Positions 40,301 through 48,259 of a stretch of DNA of 64,000 nt are shown here, piece after piece; within the stretch, counting starts at the first letter, position 1, and the number at the start of each line of letters is the position of its first letter. The notes below the pieces were generated by a model. The model ran no database searches and was not told the origin of the DNA. It saw only the letters and a list, made by a program, of their open reading frames with translations. Position numbers and translations under genes: made by a program. The stretch is from Bugula neritina (lineage: Eukaryota > Animalia > Bryozoa), in assembly GCA_964035545.1 (NCBI GenBank), contig OZ037767.1:4542707-4606706 (forward strand), given 5' to 3'.

Positions 40301-40546
40301 TTTAATCAGGAGTTTTGCTCTTTTACATTGTAGCTATTATCCTCATAAATTGGGTATATCCATTGAACTATAATACTATAATAATAGGGTTATAGTTTCA
40401 GTTCAGTGGGTATATCTCACAACTTGATTATACCAACATACCTTGCAGGGGAGACAAACCAGAGCTCCAAAATACAAGCCAGCAGCCGTACCATGGCAAA
40501 CTCTGCACTCTCCTTTAGCTCCACTTTCATTGGGCTCCAGAGTCAT
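19393..40546 (-). CDS. Nuclear receptor with two tandem C4 DNA-binding domains (2DBD-NR, CLPCKS/CEGCKK type) and a divergent ligand-binding domain
   Basis: 16 phase-consistent coding exons: 40546-40442, 36946-36802, 36289-36183, 26410-26269, 26099-25973, 25617-25418, 24945-24796, 24507-23969, 23680-23475, 23083-22957, 22611-22456, 22318-22198, 21701-21578, 20720-20584, 20057-19977, 19619-19393. DBD1: CRVCHGTAAGLYFGALVCLPCK|SFYIR...CQACRFQACLAAGM. DBD2: [28 protein letters not shown]...CRYCRYMACLNAGM. LBD helix 8-like LNFGEEEIMLISALTLFSTD. Confidence 0.92.
22848..22939. repeat. 30-bp intronic tandem repeat (about 3 copies)
   Basis: TTTGTATAATTACCAAATAAGGTCATA-type unit repeated next to the donor at 22956. 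Confidence 0.85.
27798..31360. mobile_element. 3.6-kb foldback/long-TIR element with no coding capacity, probably a non-autonomous DNA transposon
   Basis: 27798-28408 is the reverse complement of 30750-31360 (611 bp, no indel, one mismatch noticed). Diverged inverted homology continues inward to about 29321/30077. Termini AATAGACC...GGTCTATT; no clear TSD. Confidence 0.75.
33307..33351 (-). CDS. Candidate alternative first coding exon of the 2DBD nuclear receptor (MKECTLINFKSLTSR)
   Basis: ATG plus 14 codons ending at a consensus donor AGG|GTAAGT in phase 0, matching the phase-0 acceptor of exon 26410 (KFFRRG). Confidence 0.4.
35164..35640. mobile_element. DNA-transposon fragment with a piggyBac-like TTAACCCT end and internal direct repeats
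   Basis: TTAACCCTT at 35164; AAAAAGCCTCTAATAGA and GTGGGGCACTG each recur about 180 bp apart; no second terminus found. Confidence 0.35.
36975..37250. repeat. Degenerate (TATAA)n low-complexity tract
   Basis: Visible AT-rich pentamer periodicity next to the 36946 acceptor. Confidence 0.75.
37928..38725. repeat. (ACACT/ACACC)n pentanucleotide satellite, about 800 bp
   Basis: Directly visible; source of the spurious HYTTL ORF. Confidence 0.97.
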
Positions 40547-41356
40547 AGCTACTCATAAAGTAATAAAATGGGATCACTGCAGTCTCTTCCTGCACAAACA
40601 AAATTTTTAATAATCTTGAATGAACCAAAAGTAGTTTGTAAGTTTTAAAAAAATCAATTAGTAAAATTTAATTTCAGTTAGACAGTATGACTTATAACAA
40701 TAGTCTTCTAACAAAAATTACTAAATCTATAAATTTGTCTGTTATCTCTTAAAATACAAACAAGTATTAAGATAGCGAGTTGGCTTATAAATATGACATA
40801 TGGAAACTCTCACTTTATCATGCAAAATATGTTTATATCAAAATGATTATGAGAACTATAAAATGCTTCCGTATCAATATCTAAAATATATCTGTGTGGT
40901 ATTCAAAACTATACGGTTTCTTTAAATATTTATGCCTTACATGTTTATTCTAGATTTTTGGCTAAAAAATTAATTGAACTCCTCAAAAAGTAATCATAAG
41001 TTTGTAAAAAAAAGCAGCTAAAACTTCTCTATATAATAATGCTAGTAGTGTAATGCAGTAAATTTATCATATTTATGGCAGATCAAATTTAAAGCCTCCA
41101 TAGAAGAAAAATATATAAGTTCACTAGCGCACGAAATTATTATAAGGCAATTATCTCTAGCAACAATTTAAGCTTTCAAAATTTTGAAAATGAATAAAAA
41201 ACATGAAGTTAGTGAAAGTGCTCTACCTTGTATATTGCCACAGCTTCAATATTTATTTAAAATCAAACCTCTAAATCATATAAAATGATTACTTTTTTAA
41301 ATGTGCCATTTTTGCAGTGGAAACAATGTCAACACAACAAACCATAAAACGTATAT

Positions 41357-41919
41357 TGTTGTGATTTTGTGGATTATAAGAATAGACTAGTAGTCTGCAT
41401 GCCAGTTATTGTGATAGAAATAAAGTCTTTGTAAAATATTGATTCTAATAGTCTTTATTGATGTTTCCTCTGTGAGCTCCAGTGTTAGACTGATTCATAC
41501 TAGAAAAACTCACGCTTATATACAGAGGGGTCCGAAGTTCGTACGAAGTTCGGAGTTCCGGCGACCGATGTCGGAAATATCCGGTCCGATCTCGGACAGG
41601 CTCCTCCGACATCGGTTCCGACTTCGGACGAGCTTCGGCTCACATAGTTAATTATTTATAAAACAAAAAGAAAAGTGGCAGGGAATACAACTCACAAAAA
41701 CTGTTACAGTAAACAAACAAAAATAATAGAAAGGGCAATTCACAATCATTACGCTATTTACTACACTAAGAGCTTAGCTATAATTACAATATTTGAGGCA
41801 TTAGAAAGCTACGCAAGGAGCTTAGCTATAATTACAGCATTTACAGTATTTACAAAGTTACGCTAAGTCCATTATAATAGTGACGCGATATAATTACTAG
41901 AGCGTTAAAATCCATTACA
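41357..41919 (-). repeat. 3' LTR
   Basis: Direct repeat of 47697-48259 (offset 6340); minus-strand TATATAA at about 41516-41522 and AATAAA at 41454-41459. Confidence 0.97.
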
Positions 41920-41932
41920 TTCTCCCCCCATC
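41920..41932 (-). other. Polypurine tract (GATGGGGGGAGAA)
   Basis: Purine-rich run immediately upstream of the 3' LTR on the minus strand. Confidence 0.85.
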
Positions 41933-42009
41933 GAAAAGCATCTCCCTTTTCGATAACAGAAAAACAGTTTGGGTGTCGAATGCTGGGGATTCGCAGTTGT
42001 TGGTCTCAG

Positions 42010-45000
42010 TCATCGGATCCGGCGTATCAGGCTTTCCATTTCCCTTGTGCATTGATCGAGGTGGCAGGATAAGGCCTGGATTCTTCTGTCCAAGTCGCTT
42101 TCTTGAGTGAGGTCAAGGTGGTCCGTAGGTCCAGGGCGCCATTGTCTGCTTGGATCAACACTGGGCTGGTGTGCGAGTTGTTGTCCCTGGAGCCGTCCTG
42201 CACTGTCAGGGCTGCTCTGCATCCGAAATTTAGAGTTTTTACCCGTACTGGGTGAACAACTCGGTGGCCCAGAGTCGGTTAAGCATCCCACGTGGTAATC
42301 TGCTAAATATTTTGGGGGTCTTCTATCCCTTTTACTCCTGCCCAGGGTGTCAGATACTGATGTATCGGACTGTCTGTGGGGCTCGTCACTTGGAGGGGCT
42401 TCATTCTGATTTCTTGCTGGTGAGGGAGCGTCCTCTGTCATGGGGGCCACCGGGGTCAAGCCCGGGATTGGCCGATCCTCTAGCTGTGGTTGGGGTGGTG
42501 GATCCGGAATGGGGGCGTTTGGTGGTGGATCCCGAGGCGGAGCTTCTAAGGTATTATGAACTTCTTCGGGGTCACGAATGAATATTTCCCACTCACGGGG
42601 TTGATTCCTCCTCCCCCGGGTGATGGGCTGTCGTGCTGGTTCCAGCAGTGGTGGTGCCTGTCCCGCGGCTTCCGGGCTTCCGTGGTAAGGTTTCAACCGC
42701 TGCTCGTTTTGAACAGATATCTGTCCCGAGCGTTCCACACGATATGTATGGTTTGGTAAAACCTCTACCACGCAGTAGGGCCCGACGAACTTAGGCTGTA
42801 ATTTAGCCGATTGTCCGCGTCGCCTGCGGTAGCTGACCATCCACACCCAGTCCCCTTCGCGATACAGAGGTGGTTCCTCGGAATCTTCTGTTCGTACCAG
42901 CCACTGTTTCTCTCTCAGTGCGTCATGAGCTTTCTTCATGGTGTCGACTAACTTTCCCACGTACTCATGTACTGGGAATTCTGGGTTAGGAATGTGGTAC
43001 GCGAGATGTTCTGGTACCCTGGTTTCTCGGCCCAACATCATCAAGTTTGGTGTTTCCTGTGTGCTAGAGTGGGGGGTGCTTCGATATGCTCGCATAATCT
43101 GTGGTAGCATGACGTCCCACTCCTCTTGACTCCTTCCCAACAAGAGGCTCCGGAGAGCATCACCCAACATCCGGTTGTTTCTTTCAACTACTCCATTTCC
43201 TTGGGGGTGATACGGGGTGGTCCGGCTCTGGTTCACCCCCCATACTTGGCAGAGGTCCTTCATTAGCTGTGATTGGAATTGAGCGCCCTGGTCGGTGTGT
43301 ATCTGTTCCGGTAGGCCGAAGTAACAGAACACATGCTGGTCCAGGACTCGGGCTACTGTAGGTGCCGATGCGTCGGGGATAGCCAGGGCATCCGCCCATC
43401 GTGTGAAGTGGTCTGTAAGGACCAAGATCCAAGAGTTTCCCCTTTCGGTCGTGGGCATGGGTCCCACGAGATCTACCGCCACGACCTGCCAAGGCCGGCC
43501 GGCGTATAGCCGGCGCCGACCCGTGGTTTCGGTGGGGCGTCCGTGTTTGCTGGCCTGACAGACTTCACAGTGCCGAATTCTCAGTCGCACATCCCTGGTC
43601 ATCCCGGGCCAATACCATCGCATCTGCAGGCATCTGATGACCCGACTGGCTCCCGCATGGGCCTGTTTGTGGGTGTCCCAGATGATTTCCCGACGGAGAG
43701 CGCGTGGGCATACGACGCGATCCCTCTCCTGTTGTCGGTTGTCTGCTGCGAGTGTCATCGTCAGGAGGCCGTCTGAACGAATCTGGAGAGAATTCCAGCG
43801 GCGGCAGAAGAACTGAAACTCAGCGTCTCCCTGCCGTTGCTGTTCCTCCGAGGGTCGGCTGCCTCCTTTCTTGGCTCGGAAGATGTCAGCTACTGATCCA
43901 GGGAGTGTTTCTTGCAGTCGACACAGCTCCTTGACGTTCTGGTACAGTGTGGGGTTAGCACGGAGTGCCTGGACGTCGTCTGAGTGGGTTTCAGGCCGAA
44001 GATGGCCGTGCTCCCAATGATAGACGTTGCCGTCTCCCAACTGTGCCTCGACGTCAAGGCGGGCAGGTCCCCCATCACGCCTCTCGATGTGTAGGCATTG
44101 CTTGCAGTCCTCCACCGGTCGGCGACTCATGCCATCAGCGTTTCCGTGTTTCTTGCCGGCGCGGTGCTCTATCCGGTAGGAAAACTCAGCAAGAATCTCT
44201 AGCCAACGAGCCACCTGACTCGAGGGCTCTGCACGTTTACACAACCATATCAGTGATGCATGGTCTGTTCGCAACCGGAACGTTCTCCCATACAGATATG
44301 GCCGAAAGTGCTTGACCGCCTTGACTACTGCTAGGAGTTCCTTCCTAGTGGTGCAGTAGTTTTTCTCGGCGGCCGCGAGAGTCTTGCTGTAGTAAGCCAC
44401 GACCACCTCACTTCCACCCTGGACTTGAGACAGAACAGCTCCCACACTGTGGTCGCTGGCGTCGGTGTCCAGGATGTACTCTTTGGCTGGATCAGGATAC
44501 GCCAGAATCGGCGCCTCCATTAGCCGTTGTTTGAGGTGGTCGAATGCCTGCTGCTCCTCCTGTGTCCACTGCCACCGGACTCCCTTGGCGGTTAGCCGAT
44601 TCAAAGGCTGAGCCACCCCTGCAAACCCGGGTACGTACTGCCTGTAGTACCCTACCAGGCCCAGGAATGCCCGCAATTCAGAGAGGTCCCGGGGGACGGC
44701 CCACTCCTTCACAGCCTGTACCTTCTCCGGATCGGTAGCGACCCCGTCACGGCCAACCACATGGCCCAGGTACGTGACTTCTTGCTGTAGGAGTGCACAC
44801 TTGGAGGGCTTCAACTTCAGTCCAGCAGCCCGGAGTCGGTCAAAGACCTCCCGCAGACGACTGACATGAGTCGTAAAGTCTGGGGAGATGACAATGACGT
44901 CATCCAGATAGATTAGGAGGGTCTTCCAGTGTAACCCACTGAGGACCTGCTCCATGAGTCTTTGGAAAGTTGCCGGGGCGGACGTAAGTCCAAACGGCAG

Positions 45001-46698
45001 TACTTTCCACTTCCAGAGCCCATCGCGGGTAATGAATGCTGCTTTGTCCTGAGCATCAGGACTGAGGGGTACTTGCCAGTACCCGCTAAGCAGATCCAGA
45101 GTACTGAAGTACTTGCTACCCGCGAGGGCATCCAGAGACTCATCTATCCGCGGAAGGGGGTAAGCGTCCTGGATGGTAACGCTGTTGAGTCTGCGGTAGT
45201 CCACACAGAACCTCCAGCTACCATCCTTCTTCTTGACCAGGACTACTGGAAAGCTCCACGCACCGTGGGCAGGCTCAATCAGATCCCGGTCGAGAAGATC
45301 TTGCACCTGCCGGCTCACCTCCTTCTCCTTCTCCGGGCCCAGACGTCGGGTTGGCTGCCTGATGGGAGTGGTGCCAGCTGCCAGGGGTATCTCGTGGGAG
45401 ATAACCTTAGTCAGCCCCATATCTTCATCACCACGACTGAAGACATCACTGTACTCCGCGAGTAGTCGAGCCAGTGTTTGGCGTTCAGTACTACTCGTAC
45501 AGTTTCCACACGCTCCACTGTACAAGCCAGCCACATGCTCCGGGACTGCTTCTCGGTGGTTGTGAGGGGGGTTTCCCTGGGTGTCGGTCACTGTTTCCAG
45601 TGCCGGACCCACATCCGCCTCATGGATGGAGTGGTACTTCCCCACCAGTGCACCAGCCGATAATCGGACCGATTCCGCAAAGGGGTTGATGCATTGCACG
45701 AGGAGCTCTCTTCGACAGTCCAGCCGATTTAGGCTGTTTGCCAGTCGAATTGCTCCGTGCGTTCCCTCCACCACCCCCAGTGCGGCGATCTCCTTGCAGT
45801 TGACCCTGCATCGGAGAGTAGCCTGGGATCTCCCTGGAATCATGCAGTCCTGCACTACCTGGACTCCGCCCACCAAGGGCCTACCAAACTTGTCCACACA
45901 GGCAAGTTCCTTCCCAGCCATCACCACCGCCGACTTTTGGAAATCCATGTGACACTGGTGTTTCTCCAGAAAGGGCATTCCCAGAATGGCGTCTTCCTTC
46001 AGGTGGCTGACAATGAACGTCTCGTGAATTACTTGATCACGGACTCGTCCAGGTAGTGTGATAATGCCGTAGAAGGGGATACACGATCCGTCCGCCAACG
46101 TACCGTGTGCTCCTTCGTATGGCTCGAGGCTCGCCCGCTCTCGGGCGCCAAGGGTGTCGAAGAGACGCCGACTTAGCAGGTTTGTAGTGCACCCTGTGTC
46201 CAGCAGGAAGGTGGCAGCTTTACCCGAAATTTTTCCGGGCAGGAAGTAGCTGCTTCCATACGGCTGGGTGCTCCTGGGTCGGTCAGTCTCTGGGGGGGAC
46301 ACCTCTTGGGTCCTTACAGCGGGCCTCCTCTTCGTCTTACAGACAACGGGGGTTTTCTGAGGCTGGGAGGGTAGCTTGGGATACTCTTGCGAGTAAGCTG
46401 ATTCTTCCTCCACAGCCTCTTCGGGCAACCCCGCGAACCGGTTTTGGAGTGGCCAGGCCGGAGGATCGGGTAAACCTTGCGGTCTCCGAGATCTCCGAGG
46501 TGCCTGCCATCCTGCATCTAGGAGTCCCATCCGGGTCGTAGGTGGCTGGGTTGGAGAGTCGGGCAGACCTTGGGGTCTCCAACGTCCCCACGCAGCCTCG
46601 GCTGGCCTGGAAGAGGCTCCTTGGGTCATTTCTTCCCGGATGGGGTTGGCTGGTGGCTCACGGTTGGCGGAGGTTACCGCGAGCCCCGGGTGTTTAAA
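42010..46698 (-). CDS. pol: Pol polyprotein (aspartic protease, RT, RNase H, integrase), expressed by -1 frameshift from gag
   Basis: FLLDTGC protease; WRFCVDYRRLN, LPFGL and YLDD for RT; LDTDAS RNase H; HHCC zinc finger, VAVDL...HTDQGAQF...VVERNN DDE core and KFVGPY GPY/F module for integrase. Confidence 0.97.
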   Translation of the reverse strand, partial: FKHPGLAVTSANREPPANPIREEMTQGASSRPAEAAWGRWRPQGLPDSPTQPPTTRMGLLDAGWQAPRRSRRPQGLPDPPAWPLQNRFAGLPEEAVEEESAYSQEYPKLPSQPQKTPVVCKTKRRPAVRTQEVSPPETDRPRSTQPYGSSYFLPGKISGKAATFLLDTGCTTNLLSRRLFDTLGARERASLEPYEGAHGTLADGSCIPFYGIITLPGRVRDQVIHETFIVSHLKEDAILGMPFLEKHQCHMDFQKSAVVMAGKELACVDKFGRPLVGGVQVVQDCMIPGRSQATLRCRVNCKEIAALGVVEGTHGAIRLANSLNRLDCRRELLVQCINPFAESVRLSAGALVGKYHSIHEADVGPALETVTDTQGNPPHNHREAVPEHVAGLYSGACGNCTSSTERQTLARLLAEYSDVFSRGDEDMGLTKVISHEIPLAAGTTPIRQPTRRLGPEKEKEVSRQVQDLLDRDLIEPAHGAWSFPVVLVKKKDGSWRFCVDYRRLNSVTIQDAYPLPRIDESLDALAGSKYFSTLDLLSGYWQVPLSPDAQDKAAFITRDGLWKWKVLPFGLTSAPATFQRLMEQVLSGLHWKTLLIYLDDVIVISPDFTTHVSRLREVFDRLRAAGLKLKPSKCALLQQEVTYLGHVVGRDGVATDPEKVQAVKEWAVPRDLSELRAFLGLVGYYRQYVPGFAGVAQPLNRLTAKGVRWQWTQEEQQAFDHLKQRLMEAPILAYPDPAKEYILDTDASDHSVGAVLSQVQGGSEVVVAYYSKTLAAAEKNYCTTRKELLAVVKAVKHFRPYLYGRTFRLRTDHASLIWLCKRAEPSSQVARWLEILAEFSYRIEHRAGKKHGNADGMSRRPVEDCKQCLHIERRDGGPARLDVEAQLGDGNVYHWEHGHLRPETHSDDVQALRANPTLYQNVKELCRLQETLPGSVADIFRAKKGGSRPSEEQQRQGDAEFQFFCRRWNSLQIRSDGLLTMTLAADNRQQERDRVVCPRALRREIIWDTHKQAHAGASRVIRCLQMRWYWPGMTRDVRLRIRHCEVCQASKHGRPTETTGRRRLYAGRPWQVVAVDLVGPMPTTERGNSWILVLTDHFTRWADALAIPDASAPTVARVLDQHVFCYFGLPEQIHTDQGAQFQSQLMKDLCQVWGVNQSRTTPYHPQGNGVVERNNRMLGDALRSLLLGRSQEEWDVMLPQIMRAYRSTPHSSTQETPNLMMLGRETRVPEHLAYHIPNPEFPVHEYVGKLVDTMKKAHDALREKQWLVRTEDSEEPPLYREGDWVWMVSYRRRRGQSAKLQPKFVGPYCVVEVLPNHTYRVERSGQISVQNEQRLKPYHGSPEAAGQAPPLLEPARQPITRGRRNQPREWEIFIRDPEEVHNTLEAPPRDPPPNAPIPDPPPQPQLEDRPIPGLTPVAPMTEDAPSPARNQNEAPPSDEPHRQSDTSVSDTLGRSKRDRRPPKYLADYHVGCLTDSGPPSCSPSTGKNSKFRMQSSPDSAGRLQGQQLAHQPSVDPSRQWRPGPTDHLDLTQESDLDRRIQALSCHLDQCTREMESLIRRIR
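46655..46698 (-). other. -1 ribosomal frameshift signal (U UUA AAC, 6-nt spacer, 10-bp stem-loop)
   Basis: Slippery heptamer at 46698-46692 in gag phase; GGCUCGCGGU pairs with ACCGUGAGCC (46685-46655); pol is in the -1 frame. Confidence 0.85.
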
Positions 46699-47624
46699 GG
46701 CATCCTTCTTTCGTGAGGGCATTGCCTTCGTACATGTCCCCTGGCACCACACCCCCAGCAGGTGAGGTGGGTAGTACCGGCTGGTTCACCCCGGGGTCGG
46801 GGGTTTCGTTTATCAGCCTGTTCTCTCTGCATCTGTTTCATCTCTGCCTGCAATCCCTTTACCATGTCCATCAGCATGGTCATCTGGTCAGGTGACGAAG
46901 TAGTAGCAGCCGCCACGGCCTGTGGGTTTGGCTGATCCGGCTTAGCGACTTCGGGTCGTTCCTCAATCTGACAAGCGGTGAAATCCGCACATTGAGGTCC
47001 CTCCACTTGGTAGTAAGCCTTGCCCAGGGCTAAGGCTTCCTCTATAGTGGTGACCTTGGCTGCCAAGTAATAACGCTGTAGTCCAGGGTTATTGATTGTG
47101 TGGAAGAAGGCTTCATACACAGCACCTCTTTGTGCTGCCGGTGTGTCGTCGCTATGGGCTACTGGTACTAGTGCCTCAATAGCGTTCGCATGGTCTTGGA
47201 GTGAGGTCTTCCGGTCTCGGCGTATGGTGCGCAATTTGTCCCTGGCGGTGCGGGCGGTTAGCCCGAAACGCGACCTGAGGGCCTGAAAGATGTGCGCTGT
47301 ATTGGGTCCCAGAGCATAACTCTTTGCCTGACCTGTCAGACAGGTACGGAGGTGAAGAAGGCGCACCGGTGCCGGCCATTCGGCGAGGGTGGCTACCTCT
47401 TCAAACTCCCTGATGAATTGCTCTATGTCCCCATCGCCTCCGAAAATCGGGGGCCTCAGGCGATACCTGTCTCTAGGTGCTGCCTGCCCGGCCTTGCTGA
47501 CCTCCCGGAGGGCTGCGATGAGAGTCTCCATGGTGAGACGGTCCCCTTCTCCTTCTTCTTCTCCTTCTACCATGACTTCTTCTTCTCCTTCTACCATGAC
47601 TTCTGCTTCTCCTTCGTCCCCCAT
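46674..47624 (-). CDS. gag: Gag (capsid-like domain plus CCHC zinc knuckle)
   Basis: 316-aa ORF with RPPIFGG...FEEVA...W...LTGQA capsid-like motif and CWGCGARGHVRRQC knuckle. Confidence 0.93.
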   Translation of the reverse strand: MGDEGEAEVMVEGEEEVMVEGEEEGEGDRLTMETLIAALREVSKAGQAAPRDRYRLRPPIFGGDGDIEQFIREFEEVATLAEWPAPVRLLHLRTCLTGQAKSYALGPNTAHIFQALRSRFGLTARTARDKLRTIRRDRKTSLQDHANAIEALVPVAHSDDTPAAQRGAVYEAFFHTINNPGLQRYYLAAKVTTIEEALALGKAYYQVEGPQCADFTACQIEERPEVAKPDQPNPQAVAAATTSSPDQMTMLMDMVKGLQAEMKQMQREQADKRNPRPRGEPAGTTHLTCWGCGARGHVRRQCPHERRMPLNTRGSR

Positions 47625-47676
47625 TGTGCTGTTCTTTCTTTCTCTCTAATGGCTGCTTGTCGTACTAGTCTATTCT

Positions 47677-47695
47677 AATCCCACTGCTGCCACCA
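47677..47695 (-). other. Primer-binding site, complementary to the 3' end of tRNA-Leu
   Basis: TGGTGGCAGCAGTGGGATT begins 1 nt downstream of the 5' LTR and resembles the complement of eukaryotic tRNA-Leu 3' ends (recalled as ...AATCCCACCGCTGCCACCA). Confidence 0.8.
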
Positions 47696-47696
47696 A

Positions 47697-48259
47697 TGTT
47701 GTGATTTTGTGGATTATAAGAATAGACTAGTAGTCTGCATGCCAGTTATTGTGATAGAAATAAAGTCTTTGTAAAATATTGATTCTAATAGTCTTTATTG
47801 ATGTTTCCTCTGTGAGCTCCAGTGTTAGACTGATTCATACTAGAAAAACTCACGCTTATATACAGAGGGGTCCGAAGTTCGTACGAAGTTCGGAGTTCCG
47901 GCGACCGATGTCGGAAATATCCGGTCCGATCTCGGACAGGCTCCTCCGACATCGGTTCCGACTTCGGACGAGCTTCGGCTCACATAGTTAATTATTTATA
48001 AAACAAAAAGAAAAGTGGCAGGGAATACAACTCACAAAAACTGTTACAGTAAACAAACAAAAATAATAGAAAGGGCAATTCACAATCATTACGCTATTTA
48101 CTACACTAAGAGCTTAGCTATAATTACAATATTTGAGGCATTAGAAAGCTACGCAAGGAGCTTAGCTATAATTACAGCATTTACAGTATTTACAAAGTTA
48201 CGCTAAGTCCATTATAATAGTGACGCGATATAATTACTAGAGCGTTAAAATCCATTACA
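47697..48259 (-). repeat. 5' LTR
   Basis: Copy of 41357-41919. Confidence 0.97.

Larger units (their letters stand above)
41357..48259 (-). mobile_element. Intact full-length Ty3/Gypsy LTR retrotransposon (6903 bp)
   Basis: Two apparently identical 563-bp LTRs (TG...CA), 4-bp TSD ATAT (41353-41356 and 48260-48263), PBS, PPT, and uninterrupted gag and pol in PR-RT-RH-IN order. Confidence 0.98.

Noticed and set aside
41439-41866. Duplicated 70-aa and 63-aa ORFs (also 47779-48206)
   Set aside because: They are identical only because they lie in the two LTRs; non-ATG starts and no homology
42107-47678. Many short antisense and alternate-frame ORFs in the retrotransposon; possible env or third ORF
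   Set aside because: Expected in GC-rich coding DNA and show no motifs; pol ends about 90 bp from the 3' LTR, leaving no room for env
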